This document shows, piece by piece, positions 13,401 to 25,734 of a stretch of DNA of 64,000 nucleotides. Below the pieces are notes generated by a model. The model was not told the origin of the DNA. It made no database searches and worked only from the letters and a program-made list of their open reading frames with translations. Location of the stretch: assembly GCF_006345805.1 (NCBI RefSeq), contig NC_043004.1:82522001-82586000 (forward strand). The letters are read 5' to 3'. Source of the stretch: Octopus sinensis (lineage: Eukaryota). The translations under genes and the position numbers were made by a program. The first letter of the stretch is position 1. Each line of letters starts with the position of its first letter.

Positions 13401-14274
13401 TAAAACGATGGCAAGAAAAGGCCCTTCATGGTAAATACTGCACTAAACTAAACGCAAAAGAAATAGACAAAGAAAAATCCCAGCAATGGTTGAGAAGCTC
13501 AGGACTCAAAGCAGAAACAGAGGGATTTTTAATTGCAGCACAAGACCAAAGCCTCCCCACCAGAAATTACCAAAAACATGTAATGAAAAGAAATATTACA
13601 GGTAACTGCAGAATATGTGGAGATGGACAAGAAACAATAAATCATATTATCTCTAGCTGCCCAGTCCTGGCTAAGAAGGAATATATTCACAGACATGACA
13701 GAGTTGGAACCTACATACATTGGAAGCTATGCCAACATTATGGAATAACAACAGAAAAAAGATGGTATAGCCACACACCAGAAAAGGTCACAGAAAACGA
13801 GAAAGCAACCATACTCTGGGATATGCCGATACACACAGATAGAGAAAGTAAAGCCAACAGACCAGATATAGCTGTCAGAGATCATGAAGAAAAAAAAATG
13901 CTTTCTAATTGATGTATCAACACCGGCAGATGACAACGTGTCTCTAAAAGAAATGGAGAAACTCTCAAAATACAAAGACCTGGAAATAGAGGTAAGTAGA
14001 ATGTGGAATCTGAAAACAGAAACAATTCTTATCATAGTAGGTGCATTAGGCATGATAAAAAAATATTCAGACAAATACATAACAAAAACACCAGGACTTA
14101 CAAACACATATAACATACAGAAAATTGCACTACTAGGCACTGCACACATCCTACGCAGAACACTTTCCATACAATAACCATCAGAGCATCACAACAAATC
14201 ACAGCACATACCCAAGGCACGCAGAGCTGCGCTCGATAGTGAAGTGAAAGCACGCTATAAAAATAAAACTACTG
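10451..14274 (+). mobile_element. R4/Dong-clade element E3 (same family as E1, longer 5' end, internal deletion)
   Basis: Near-identical to E1. ORFs 11947..13128, 13361..13912 and 13884..14177. About 277 bp deleted at 13123 relative to E1 4975-5251. Three 29-nt tandem repeats at 10451-10537; expanded (GAA)n at 13218-13298; ends aaaactactg-(AAT)n. Confidence 0.92.
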
Positions 14275-14669
14275 AATAATAATAAAAATAATAATGATAA
14301 TAATAATAATGATAATAATAATAATGATAACAATGATAATAAAAATAATAATAATGATAATAACAATAATGATAATAATAATAATTATAATAATAATAAT
14401 AATAATAATAAGAACAACAACAACAACAACAACGATAATTATAATAACAATAATGATAATAATAATAAAAACAACAACAACAATAATAATAATAATAATA
14501 ACAATAACAACAACAATAACAATAATAATAATAATAACAATGATTATAATAATGATAAAAACAACAAAAACAACAACAACAATAATGACAATAATAATAG
14601 TAATAATAACAATGATAATAATAATAATAGTAATAATAATAATTATAACAATAATGATAATAATAATAA

Positions 14670-14700
<31 letters not shown>

Positions 14701-14765
14701 AATAATTACAATAATAATGATAATAATAAAAATAGTAATAATGATAACAATAAAAATAGTAATAA
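14275..14765 (+). repeat. Long compound (AAT/AAC/GAT)n microsatellite
   Basis: Direct reading; source of the poly-I/T ORF 14294..14815. Confidence 0.97.
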
Positions 14766-15359
14766 TATTAATTGCAAAAATAATAACAGTATGGGGACCA
14801 ACAACCGATCTCTGATGTCAACCGTCTGTAAATGGGGACAGATGAATTTGGGAGAGGCTTCACAGCAGTCAAAAAATAGTATACAGAAAATTGTAGTTGA
14901 GTACTTACAGAGCACAACTGATAGGTTACTAGAGTACATACATACTTACATACATACATACACATATATATACATTTATATTTATATTTTTATATATGAC
15001 AGAAAATGGAGATATATTGTGGAAAAACAATTGAATGACATCAACTATTATTATTTAATTCAATACAAATAGACTGCATCCGATCTAAGAGCTGTTTCTA
15101 ATTCTATTTCTATTGCCATTGACATGCTAAAGATATCTATCATATTTGGTAATAAAATCGATCTGAAACATGGCGCTTCATCAGATGGAAAAAAAATAAA
15201 AAGGAAGAGCCTAGAGAAGAAAAAGGAAACGTTGACTATGGTTAAAAGTGAAATATTTTGCTTGTTTATCTCTCTGGTACATTAAGTATATGACAAAGTT
15301 TAAAATAGTATACGGTAGGTTAATCCTTTGTACGACTGGGGACAGGATTGATACGCAAT

Positions 15360-15589
<230 letters not shown>

Positions 15590-15590
<1 letters not shown>

Positions 15591-16283
15591 TAAAACACAA
15601 AACTAGATATTATGTACTTCGCCATTCAATGTACACATGGAAATATCCATGCAGCTACATTGGACTTTGATTTGGGTAAAATGCATGAATATCACACTGT
15701 AATTCATCCACTAATGCTGTATTACCCGATGAATTTGATAATGATGTTGAAGAACCGGATGATTACGGACGATACGACCGATACTGTTCACATCGCAATG
15801 ATACAGTCTCTGATTGTAAAGTCACGTAATTTGTTGAAACGCATGCCATTGAACCTCTTTATCACAGGTTTTGTTGGACCTTCTGGAGTGTTGCATGCGT
15901 TACGTGCTTGTTACCTGCGACGTTATCCATTCTTTTCATGTTATTCATTGTTTTAAGCTACGTATTAATTTCCTGATTCTTCTCGTCTGGCTTTGTGTAC
16001 AAGCAATTTCTGGATGACGAATAGACATGCCGGGCTCAAACACATTGCACTTTCGAGCGAAAGGCGTTATCATTGGCTTATTAACACCATTATTTGATAC
16101 GTTTCTTTAGACACGTTTCCCCAACATTGAGTTTTTTTGTTTCAATGTTAGCCAGCAACCGGTCTTTTTATCGAGACACCATTCGTACTAAGTTTGGAAG
16201 CCAAGACTACAGGGCTCTTAAAACCCATAAGTTGGGCCTGTTTCCATCGTATCGTTATTATTTTTGTTATATACATACATACG

Positions 16284-16336
<53 letters not shown>

Positions 16337-16354
16337 TTAAATACACACACACAC

Positions 16355-16415
<61 letters not shown>

Positions 16416-17178
16416 CATGTTTACATAATAAACATATACATATGTACGTAGATATAACTGTGTATATATGCGTGTTAGTGTGTGCCTGTGTTTATCTGTG
16501 TGTAATGGTCGCGTGTAGAATTGTTTACAGAAACATACATATATAAAGATGACACACATACACACCCGCACACACAAACACAAACACACACACACACACA
16601 CACACACAGATGCATATATTTTTTCGATTGTGCTCGGAAATGTTCCTGGTTTCCACGAAAGAAAATAGAATAGGATCAGTCGGTTATGATTTTCCCGAAC
16701 ATAGTTCCCTCAATCACGCTGCAACTAACGCTCCTTTTGCAGCGCTGTTTAAGTCTCTCTAAGCCATGTAAAGGGATTCAGAATTTCGAGGCTCGAAGAA
16801 GGCTTTTCGTGACATCCTTAAAACGAGGATATTTTTAGTGCCAACTCCACCGCATATACAAATACAAACACATGTATAAGCACACAAACACACAGATACA
16901 TACAATAAACATAACACACAAACACACACACATATGTGTGTATATATATATAAATATATATATATATATACATATATATATTATTTAAAGGAATTCCAAC
17001 TCTCGGTTTTAATATTTCATTTATATACATTATATTATGAATGTAGAATATAAAATATATAGTATGAATAGTATATATAGTAAAATGAAATGAAGTATTG
17101 ATTGTCCTATTGAATAGATAAAATATTGTGTATCAAATATTAAACAGTCTTTAAGGTCCTAGGTTCAACTATTGTATA
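15590..17178. repeat. Conserved intergenic module Q2 upstream of B-type copies (also about 32080-33420, 44825-46500, 56895-58115)
   Basis: Four closely similar copies. Part of it (gtacttc.ccattc.aagtacacatgg.. and ..tcagtcggttatgatt..) is homologous to the module upstream of A-type genes (about 23210-23600, 26710-27070, 38195-38600). Confidence 0.85.
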
Positions 17179-18708
17179 CTCTTTTACTCTTTTATTCTTT
17201 TACTTGTTTCAGCCATCCGGCTGAGGCCATGCTGGGGCACCGCCCCTGTTGCTACCCTCTCTAAGTCCAGTTTGCCGTGGCTGGCCACTGATCTAAGAGA
17301 GAGTTTGTAGCTGCTGCCCTTAGGTTACCTTCGTACCTTGCAGTGGGTTCATCTGGAATCCCGGAAAGCAGCTTGTCTAGATGTTTTTTGAAAATGTCCA
17401 CATCCGCATCATGTAGATCTCTTAGTTTTCTTGGCAGTTTGTTGAAAAGCTGAGGGCCCCTGAACCCCAGGCTATTACAGTATCTGCTCCTTACCCTGGA
17501 TGTGGAAGACGGGACCTTTGGCACCACACAGTGACGTCCTGTACGGGGATTGGAACAGCTCTCAATTCCAAAATTTGGTGCTAGTCCCTCCAGGACTTTC
17601 CATATGTATATCACTGCATATCTCTCTCGTCTTCGTTCCAAGGAGTACAAATTGAGTTCCCTAAGCCTCTCCCAATAGTTCTTTTCTTTCATGGTGGAAA
17701 TCCTCTTGGTGAAATGTCTTTGGATTGTCTCAAGCTCTGTGGTTAGTTTGACACTATGCGGTGACCACAGTTGGGAGCAGTAGTCCAGGCGGCTTAGGAC
17801 AAATGTCCTCCATAGTGTCAACATGGTCTCGCAGTCTCTTGTCCGGAATGTCCTCAGGATCCAGCCAGTGAGTCGTCTGCACATTGTCGCCACCTTCGCG
17901 ATGTGTGAAGAAAAAGATGCATCGTCACTCATGTCTATCCCCAGGTCCCGTATTGATTTCGATACTGGGATTTCGATCCCTCCTGGACCAGTATAGTTGT
18001 GTTGTAATGTATATGTGTTTACAGCTTGATATTGTAAGGCTTGAAATTTACCAGCATTAAATTGCATGTTGTTGTCTTCAGCCCATTTGTATATGGCATC
18101 CAGATCTTGTTGTAAAAGGTCAGCATCAGCTGGGTTTTTGATTGCCTGTGCTACCTTTGTGTCATCAGCATAGCTAGTGAGGGATGTTGTTTGTGCTACC
18201 AAGGGCATGTCAGAGAGCGCCACCAAAAACAGCAAGGGTCCCAAGACTGTGCCCTGTGGCACCCCGCTTGCTATTGGTGTCTTTCCCGAGAGGGCTCCAT
18301 TGGCTGCAACCATCTGGCTTCTGTCCTTCAGGAAGTCATGTATCCACTCACCTACTTTTCCTGTTATGCCGAGTCTGAGTAATTTGTGACATATCACTCC
18401 GTGGTCGACTTTGTCAAAGGCCTTCGCAAAGTCGAGATATACCACATCCACCTGTGAGCGATCCAGTAGTTGTTTCAGTACCCAGTCGTAGTGTTGTAAC
18501 AGCTGCGTAAGGCAGCTTCTTCCTGGGCGAAAGCCATGCTGTGTGTCAGTGAGACGGTTAGTTTCTTCGAGGAACGTGATCAGTTTTTTTCTGATGATTC
18601 GTTCCATGACCTTACTTATGTGTGACGTCAGGGAGACTGGCCTGTAGTTTTTGGCCTCTGCTCTACTCCCTCCTTTGTGGATAGGGCATATGGTGCCTTC
18701 TTTTAGCG
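17179..18708 (-). mobile_element. 5'-truncated CR1-like LINE inserted in a (TA)n array
   Basis: ORF 17261..18820 (its N-terminal YI repeat is flanking TA) has NYRPVSLTS, QHGFRPGRSC, YLDFAKAFDKV, GVPQGTVLGP, YADDTK. The 3' tail ends gaaacaagtaaaagaataaagagtaaaagag. Empty homologous sites at about 46497 and 58115. Confidence 0.93.
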
Positions 18709-18733
18709 ATATATATATATATATATACATATT

Positions 18734-18769
<36 letters not shown>

Positions 18770-18885
18770 CATATATATATACATATATGTATATATACTT
18801 AAACCTTTATACAAAAACACACACGTTTAATCATACCTATGTACAGTTAAGATGACAGAGAACAATTTATATTTATAAATATATA

Positions 18886-18927
<42 letters not shown>

Positions 18928-18933
<6 letters not shown>

Positions 18934-19081
18934 GAACTGTCTTGCTGGTAAGAAGCTTGCTTCCCAACCGCACGGTTTCGCTTTCGTTTGGCACGTGTCT
19001 TCTACCATTGCTTTGGGCTGACAAAACCCTTCTCAGTGTGTTTGGTAGAGGAAAACTTAAAGAAGCCTGTCGAAAATATGC

Positions 19082-19151
<70 letters not shown>

Positions 19152-19195
19152 TTTTGTGCCTGTCTTTGTCACCCATACCAGAGCTTAACAACTGA
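18928..19195 (+). mobile_element. Degenerate SINE fragment replacing the 5' end of B1 (copies at about 46742-46970 and 60515-60755)
   Basis: gctggtaagaagcttgcttcccaacc..ggcacgtgtcttctac..tggtagaggaaaacttaaagaagcctgtcg-(TA)n-tgtgcctgtctttgtc resembles a common octopus tRNA-derived SINE (recall, not searched). Confidence 0.6.
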
Positions 19196-19199
19196 TCAT

Positions 19200-20140
19200 A
19201 TAATTGTATATATTTATGCACTAATTCTTCTGTGTTTCATATCAATCTACGGTCTGATCAAATTCTTCAGTAAATCTAAAGACAAAGAATACGCGAAGCA
19301 TTCACCGAACTTACAATTAAAGAAGACGATGAATAATTCTATAACAATAGCTTAATATTTTCTTTTATATCTCTTTCTATAGTGATGTTGCTGCCGCCTA
19401 TTATACACAATATCATAGTATACGTTCTCCCGTTTTCCATGTACAACGTTCGGAATTCCTCAACAAATTATTTAAATGCAAGAAAAACTCTTGAATTTAT
19501 TATTTCATTAATTTTCACTATATTTGATAGTATATTATATGCGTGCATACTATATGATTGGTATATCAATATGACAATTGGGACCGCACTGCAGTAAGAG
19601 TTTAATAAAGTAGCGAGTGAGGCTGAGAGATACGTAAAAGAAAAGCATTCAAATACTTCGTATTTCTTTAAGAAATATAAAGAGATTCCAGAAATATGTA
19701 ACTCACATGATACTCTGAGTAAAACACTGAATTTATTGAATGAATCATTTCAATTCTGTTCGGGATTTATCGTACTCATTAGTATTACTGGATGCTGTGT
19801 TGCTACGTATATAATTATAAATCATTCATTTCAAAATACTTTCTCTGAACATAATTCCGTATTATTTGTGACTTCGTTGAACACGATGCTTTTGATCAGG
19901 ACGATGTGGATTGGTTTCGTTTTAATAAATCGGTAAGTCATATAATATATAATCGCAATTATTCTTTAATTCTATTTTCCATAACACATCAGAAAAAATA
20001 TCGAAGATGTTATCCTAATTAAATCGGTCTTTGGAATTATGTGATATCTTTCCTTCCGATATCCGTCTTGTATCATTTGATTCCCAAAGGTGAACATGAG
20101 ATAGAGGTGAAATAATGGAAAAACATCTTCCATTGCTACC
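19200..20140 (+). pseudogene. GR/GRL-like copy B1 (5'-truncated pseudogene)
   Basis: Fragments IYALILLCFISIYGLIKFFSKSKDKE, MMLLPPII..LYDWYINMTIGTALQ* (TAA at 19595) and MNESFQFCSGFIVLISITGCCVATYII. Frameshifts present; GTAAGT retained near 19932. Confidence 0.85.
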
Positions 20141-20210
20141 ATTATGACTATTATGTCTCCAACCCAAAAACTTTGCCTTGCGTTCGATCTATCTATCTCT
20201 CGTTCTCTGT

Positions 20211-20287
<77 letters not shown>

Positions 20288-20360
20288 GCGCGGAAGGTGT
20301 TTAGAAGCCATTTAAGAAACACACAAAAGCCGTTCGATTCACTTCAACATTTTAGTTTAA

Positions 20361-20410
20361 TTTGTCAAAATATTTTCGTCGCTAAAATCCGCGACCTGTT
20401 CACTGACAAA
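20361..20410 (-). ncRNA. Hammerhead-ribozyme-like motif, G3:C8 variant (second copy 61865..61914)
   Basis: Minus strand reads UUUGUCA-GUGAACA-g-GUCGC(ggauuuua)GCGAC-GAA-AAUAUU-U-UGACAAA: 7-bp stem I, stem II and palindromic stem III. One extra G follows A9. The 61865 copy has G at position 17. Confidence 0.55.
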
Positions 20411-20464
20411 AATCCGTGCTGCATCTGAGAAAGTAACAGTTAGTTCGTCATATATAGGTACGCA

Positions 20465-21260
20465 TGTATGTCTGTATGTATGTATGTATGTATGTATGTA
20501 TGTATGTATGTATGTATGTATGTATGTATGTATGCATGTACGTACATACGCCTGTGTATGTATGTATGTATGTATGTATGTATGTATGTATGTATGTATG
20601 TATGTATATATGTATGTGTGTGTATATGCACGCACATACACACTATAAACATAAAGCTATAAACCTGTAGTGATGGATAGATGTAGAGTGACCACTCATC
20701 ACAATAATATCAAATTTCAACTTCCTCTGCCGAAGCCAGGAAGTGATTTATGACCCTCACTCCCAAAACTATACCCTAAAACCTATTATCAGATATTTAT
20801 CTCTATATCCCAGAACTTTTGTTTTACTATTGTGCATATGTATGTATGTATGTGCGTATGTATGTATGTATGTATGTATGTATGTATGTATGTATGTATG
20901 TATGTATGTATGTATGTGTGTATGTATGTACATACGTACGCATGTGCGTATGTATGTATACGCGCACGTATGCATGTGCCCATGTATGTGTGTGCGTACA
21001 TGTACATGCCTATGTACGCGTGTATGCCCATACGTAGGTATGTATGTATGTTTGTACTCATGTGCTACGTATGTATGTGAGTGTCTAGGAGAATGGGCTG
21101 ACGTGTCTGTGAGAGTGTGTACATGTGTATGTGTATGTGAACGTATGTCCGTGTACTGGCATGTGTCCGTCCAAGTTGTGTACATGACTGTTACTTTGTT
21201 TAAGGTTGTATACATATTCACATATATGTTTGTATATACGCACACACATATATATATGTG
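20465..21260. repeat. (TATG)n and degenerate TG/TATG microsatellite block (copy at about 61970-62770)
   Basis: Direct reading; explains the MYVC/HTYI ORFs. Confidence 0.93.
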
Positions 21261-22560
21261 TGGCTGTGTGTTTGTTCCTCTCATCACCGTCTAACTGTGA
21301 ATGGATACAGCGCCTAAGTGCAACTGTACGTATCAAACAACGTACGCTCATACGGTTATATATAACTGCACATACGCATTGCAACCTGTATGTAAGGACT
21401 ACAAGTAAACGAGAGAGAGAGGGGTGGTTATAGAATAGTCCTTCTGATTGGGATCTGGATGTTACTCCATTCGGACTTTCGGTTGAGAGTAGGTTTGTAT
21501 TCTTGTATACAAACAGCTTCTGTGACCTGTCTCAACATTGCATCGGTGGGATGTGTTGATAGGATGTTCAACTTAAGTTTCCCTAAGGATCCTTTGTGGC
21601 AGTCTACAGCATGTTGGTAGAAGATGGAGTTTGGCTTCCTTTCAATGTAGTTGTCCAGGTGTTCTTTGAACCTATCATTGATGCTTCTAGAAGTCCCACC
21701 TATGTATGACTCTGAGTTTGGGTTAGTCGCGCAAGCTCCCTCCTGGCACTTAATCTGGTATACAGTGCCCTTGGGTTTGCAATTTACATGTGGATTTGTC
21801 GAACATACTGCACAATTACTTTGACAGGTGATTCTATCAAATGGATATGATCTGCATAATGCCGATTTGATAGTCCTACCTGTCTTTTCTACAACTTTAA
21901 TTTTTAGGCCAGTGGTGCGCAGGATTTTCTTGAATGCCTTACTTAGCTCGTTCTTAGGTGTGGCGTCAACGAACATTACTCCGTGAAATCTCCTGTTATC
22001 GTACCAAGTAACGTTTTTCATCCTTTTGTTGGTGTCCCTCTCTAACCTATTCCAGAACTTGTTGCGGTATAGGGGGCATATACCGTTTTCGTCGTTCCTT
22101 AGAATGCGTTCGAATCTAGCTTTCGCCCTTTTGTACACCCTGACTCTATCGTCTTGTGTGTATCCGGAGCGTTGCATTCGGAATATGTAGTGCTGGATGT
22201 GCTGTTGTCGTTCTTGTGGTTGGCATAGTGGTGATACATTCCTCATTACTCTAATTAAGTCTGCCACTAGGATGTCGAGTTTGGCAGTATCCGACATAGC
22301 TGAGTCACTACGGATTACTAGTGGATTAGCCATCGGTTTCTGATAGTGTGAGTGGAGTATACAGGGTTTAATGGTTCCATTAACCATAGCATCTTCCATC
22401 CATAGCTCAGAATCTAGGACGGGTAATCGTTTACTCGGGTGTTTAGAGGTAACTTTTATACTGCTGTGGATAGAGTGAGCTATGTGTTGTATGGATGTCA
22501 TCACTTGTTCTTCACTTGGTAGAGGGCTCATAACTGTGTCTGTATTATATTTCACAACAT
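21260..22560 (-). mobile_element. 5'-truncated Penelope-like element (RT thumb, Cys linker, GIY-YIG endonuclease)
   Basis: ORF 21428..22555 has LPVLD, YQKPMANPLVIRSDSAM, CQSNCAVC..C, VYQIKC..YIGGTSRS..RFKEH and EAVCI..PTLN. A Naiad/Chlamys-like subgroup is my inference. Confidence 0.85.
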
Positions 22561-22577
22561 ATATCTATATATCTATA

Positions 22578-22664
<87 letters not shown>

Positions 22665-22665
<1 letters not shown>

Positions 22666-23105
22666 GTTCTGTCTGTCTGGCTTTGTGTCTTCTCGGATCT
22701 CGTGAATCCTCCATCTTATTGGGCTCAAATGTGATATCTTGATACCGAAGGTATCAGGGCGTATATAGGTCTTGAAAAAATTACAAAAATCGATTCTTGG
22801 TGAGAATGGGATCGATAAGGCCGTTTTTGTCCTGCTTTTCTTCCGTTGTTTTTGTACTGCTTAAAGGCACGTTTGTTTCCTGCCAAGCTTACTGTTTAAA
22901 CCATGTTTGTGTTCACCCAGTCAACAGCCTTAACATTACTGGTATTTTAAACTCTTCGTTTGCATATTTGCGTGAATAAAATCTTTTTCTTTGGAATAGA
23001 AGAATAAGACTATCTTTATTTATTCTTTTGCTGGTATCTCAAATTTAGGTTAAATCAGGATCGGTCGGACAAGTTGTTTTGAGAAAATTTCGTTTAAATT
23101 TTTGA
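22665..23105 (+). repeat. Module P: interspersed repeat resembling a Helitron/HINE (DINE-1-like) non-autonomous element; copies at about 26065-26545, 37600-38045, 47710-48140 and 52015-52125
   Basis: Starts with (CTGT)n, followed by a ccgattacgctcaaatttgatatgtag-like core. The repeat is seen directly; the class assignment is inference. Confidence 0.4.
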
Positions 23106-23108
23106 CAA

Positions 23109-23210
<102 letters not shown>

Positions 23211-23838
23211 TAAAGCTCAAGTACTTCTCCATTCCAAGTACACATGGAAATATCCACATAGCTTCATTAATCTTCATCTTGGTAAAAAGGGATCAACCTA
23301 CATCTGTGATTCATCCACTGATATATTTTCACCTAATGGAATGGATTAATGATGTTGATCAAATGGATAATTACGGATAATACGGACTATACTGTACTCA
23401 TATACATACAAAAATGTAACCGTTAATACACACACACATGCGCATATATATAAGGGTGTGTTCGGAAATAGTCCTGGAGTAGGCAAAAATATAATACAAG
23501 GATATCAGTCGGTTATGATTCCCTCAGCAGAGCACCATCATTCTGCGAATCACGAAACTATTGTAGCTGTGCTTCAGTTTTTCTAATATCTTTAATGAAA
23601 CTTTTAATATTTTCTCAAGATATTTCATTCTGAACTGTTTTTAATATTTTTAAAATTTTTATCAAAGAATGTATATATATATATATATATATATATTGTG
23701 ATATTTTGTGACAACCAGTACTTAACACAAGAAAGCTTTTACAAATCTTTAGATTTTAGTTTTGACAAAATTTTTCTAAAAAAGTGAAACCGGTCAAGTG
23801 ATTAATGATTATAAAAAATTGCATTATCAAACGTTTTT

Positions 23839-23917
<79 letters not shown>

Positions 23918-24401
23918 GAGACATCTTATATCTAAGAGAAATCTTATACGTCGCAGATAATAATACTAATCAATGCACATCAATTTGGAACCAACGCTTT
24001 ATACAATACAAACTAATGGAGAAGAATAAAATATCGATATTGTAATTAATATACTTGCGAAAATCAAATTAACATCAGAGTAATATCACAAATAAATTCA
24101 TAATAGATTGTCGCAATTCATTTCCCTATAAGCTTTATAAAGTGTTGATTGAATATAAATCATTTCAGATTAATATCTTAAGAAGCTTATCGAGTAATAT
24201 TCAAGTTCACATGTATTTTAGCAACAGATTTGAAATAATCCCTACGGACAAACAAAACGGGAGACATTATATAACAGCTTTATCCGATAGCTTTATTTCC
24301 AGTTCTTTCGCAACACAGAGCTTTGCAACACTCTCACCTTAATATAGAGATCTTAAACAAAAACTAGAACTCTGTTTTTTAAGTCAACGTGTTTAACTCT
24401 C

Positions 24402-24407
24402 TATAAG
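24402..24407 (+). promoter_or_regulatory. Conserved TATA-like motif about 38 nt upstream of the A-type ATG
   Basis: gtgtttaactctcTATAA(G/A)gaagttg is conserved before A2, A3, A4 and A5. It is close to the ATG, so it may simply be part of the duplicated block. Confidence 0.3.
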
Positions 24408-24439
24408 GAAGTTGTGAGAAATATTTTATTACAAAAAGT

Positions 24440-25734
24440 ATGGAACTAAAAGAAACACGATTCTATAAATTACTACAATTGTATGGGAAAATTAATATTT
24501 CTAAGAAATCACTTATGAACATATCACTGAAGTTTCTCAAATGTAAAAATATCTGTATCTCTGCATTTTATATCCTGTATCCTGCATATCTGACTACAAG
24601 CCCCATTATATCTATGTATGCTATAATAGGATTGCTTCATAAATCTCATGAAAGATTTGTATTTATTTATGCACTATTTTTTAAGTGTTTGCTTTCACTC
24701 TACTGTCTGATCAAATTCTTCCGAAAATCTAAAGACAAAGAAATACTCGAAGCATTTACCAAACTTAAAATTGAAGAAGACGATGAAAAATTCTATAACA
24801 ATAACATAATATTTTCTTTTATATCAATTTCTATAGTTGTATTGCTGCCACCAATTTTACTCGCTCTGATGAATATCGTTTTCATGAACTTTATTTGGAA
24901 TTGCTCAACAAAATATTTAAGCAGCATCGAAGCTCTTGAATTTACTATTTCATTAATTTGCATTTTATTTGATTGTATATTATTTACGTGCATACTCTAT
25001 GATTGGTATATCAATATGGCAATTGGAACTGCACTGCAGTATGAGTTTAATAAAGTAGCGAGCGAGGCTGAAAAATACGTAAAAGAAAAGCATTCAAATA
25101 CTTCGTACTACATTAAGAAATATAAGGATATTCCAGAAATATGTAACTCACATAATACTCTGAGTAAAACACTGAATTTAGTAAATGAATCATTTGAACT
25201 GACCTCGGGACTTATCGTACTCGTTAGTATTACTGCATGTTGTGTTGCTACGTATATAATTATAAATAATTCATACAAAATTATACTCACTTATTACGTT
25301 TCAACTATGTTTTTGGCTTCTTTGAACGTGATTCTTCTGATCACAACGATGCAGATTGGAGTCCGTTTAAATAAATCGGTAAGTTATATAATAACATATA
25401 ATCGTACTTTTTCATCAATTCTATTTTACATATTACATCACAAAAGATGTCGAATATATTATCCAAATTTCCTCGGTGTTTTAAATTTATGTGATATATT
25501 CCGATATCCATCCTGCATCTTTTGATTCCCAAATGTGAAGGTGAGATAAAGGTAAAAAAATGGAGGAAAATCTCCCATCATTACCACTAGGTCTATTATT
25601 TCTACCACCAACTAATTTTTTTCTCATTCCATCATTCATTCACACTTTCTCTCTCTTTGACTTTGCAACAGTTCTTTGTGAAAGGTGTTAAGGATGCCAC
25701 ACAAGTTCACGTTTATCGAAGAAATGATGAGTGA
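24440..25734 (+). CDS. GR/GRL-like (7tm_7-like) multi-TM receptor A2, intact first coding segment
   Basis: ORF 24440..25525 (361 aa read-through) with six hydrophobic helices and the motif ICNSHNTLSKTLNLVNESF..TYII. Phase-0 GTAAGT at 25379 after 313 codons; CAG acceptor at 25671; putative exon 25672..25734. Confidence 0.72.

Noticed and set aside
19932-20110. Idea that all A copies share a +1 insertion that moved a VISYLLI TM7 out of frame (the frame is register-continuous in B1)
   Set aside because: B2 has the same spacing as the A copies (ggtcttttgg), so the 1-nt loss is more simply private to B1/B3.
21260-21427. SECIS element or hammerhead in the 3' region of the Naiad-like PLE
   Set aside because: The ORF has no in-frame TGA, I found no AUGA/AA/GA SECIS geometry, and GGTGATGAG..AACAAAC lacks both C3 and GAAA.
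24440-25525. Assignment of the A family to rhodopsin-like GPCRs or nAChR-type chemotactile receptors
   Set aside because: There is no DRY/NPxxY, no signal peptide, and no Cys-loop ectodomain or 4-TM layout; helix spacing and the pre-TM5 motif fit GR/GRL better.
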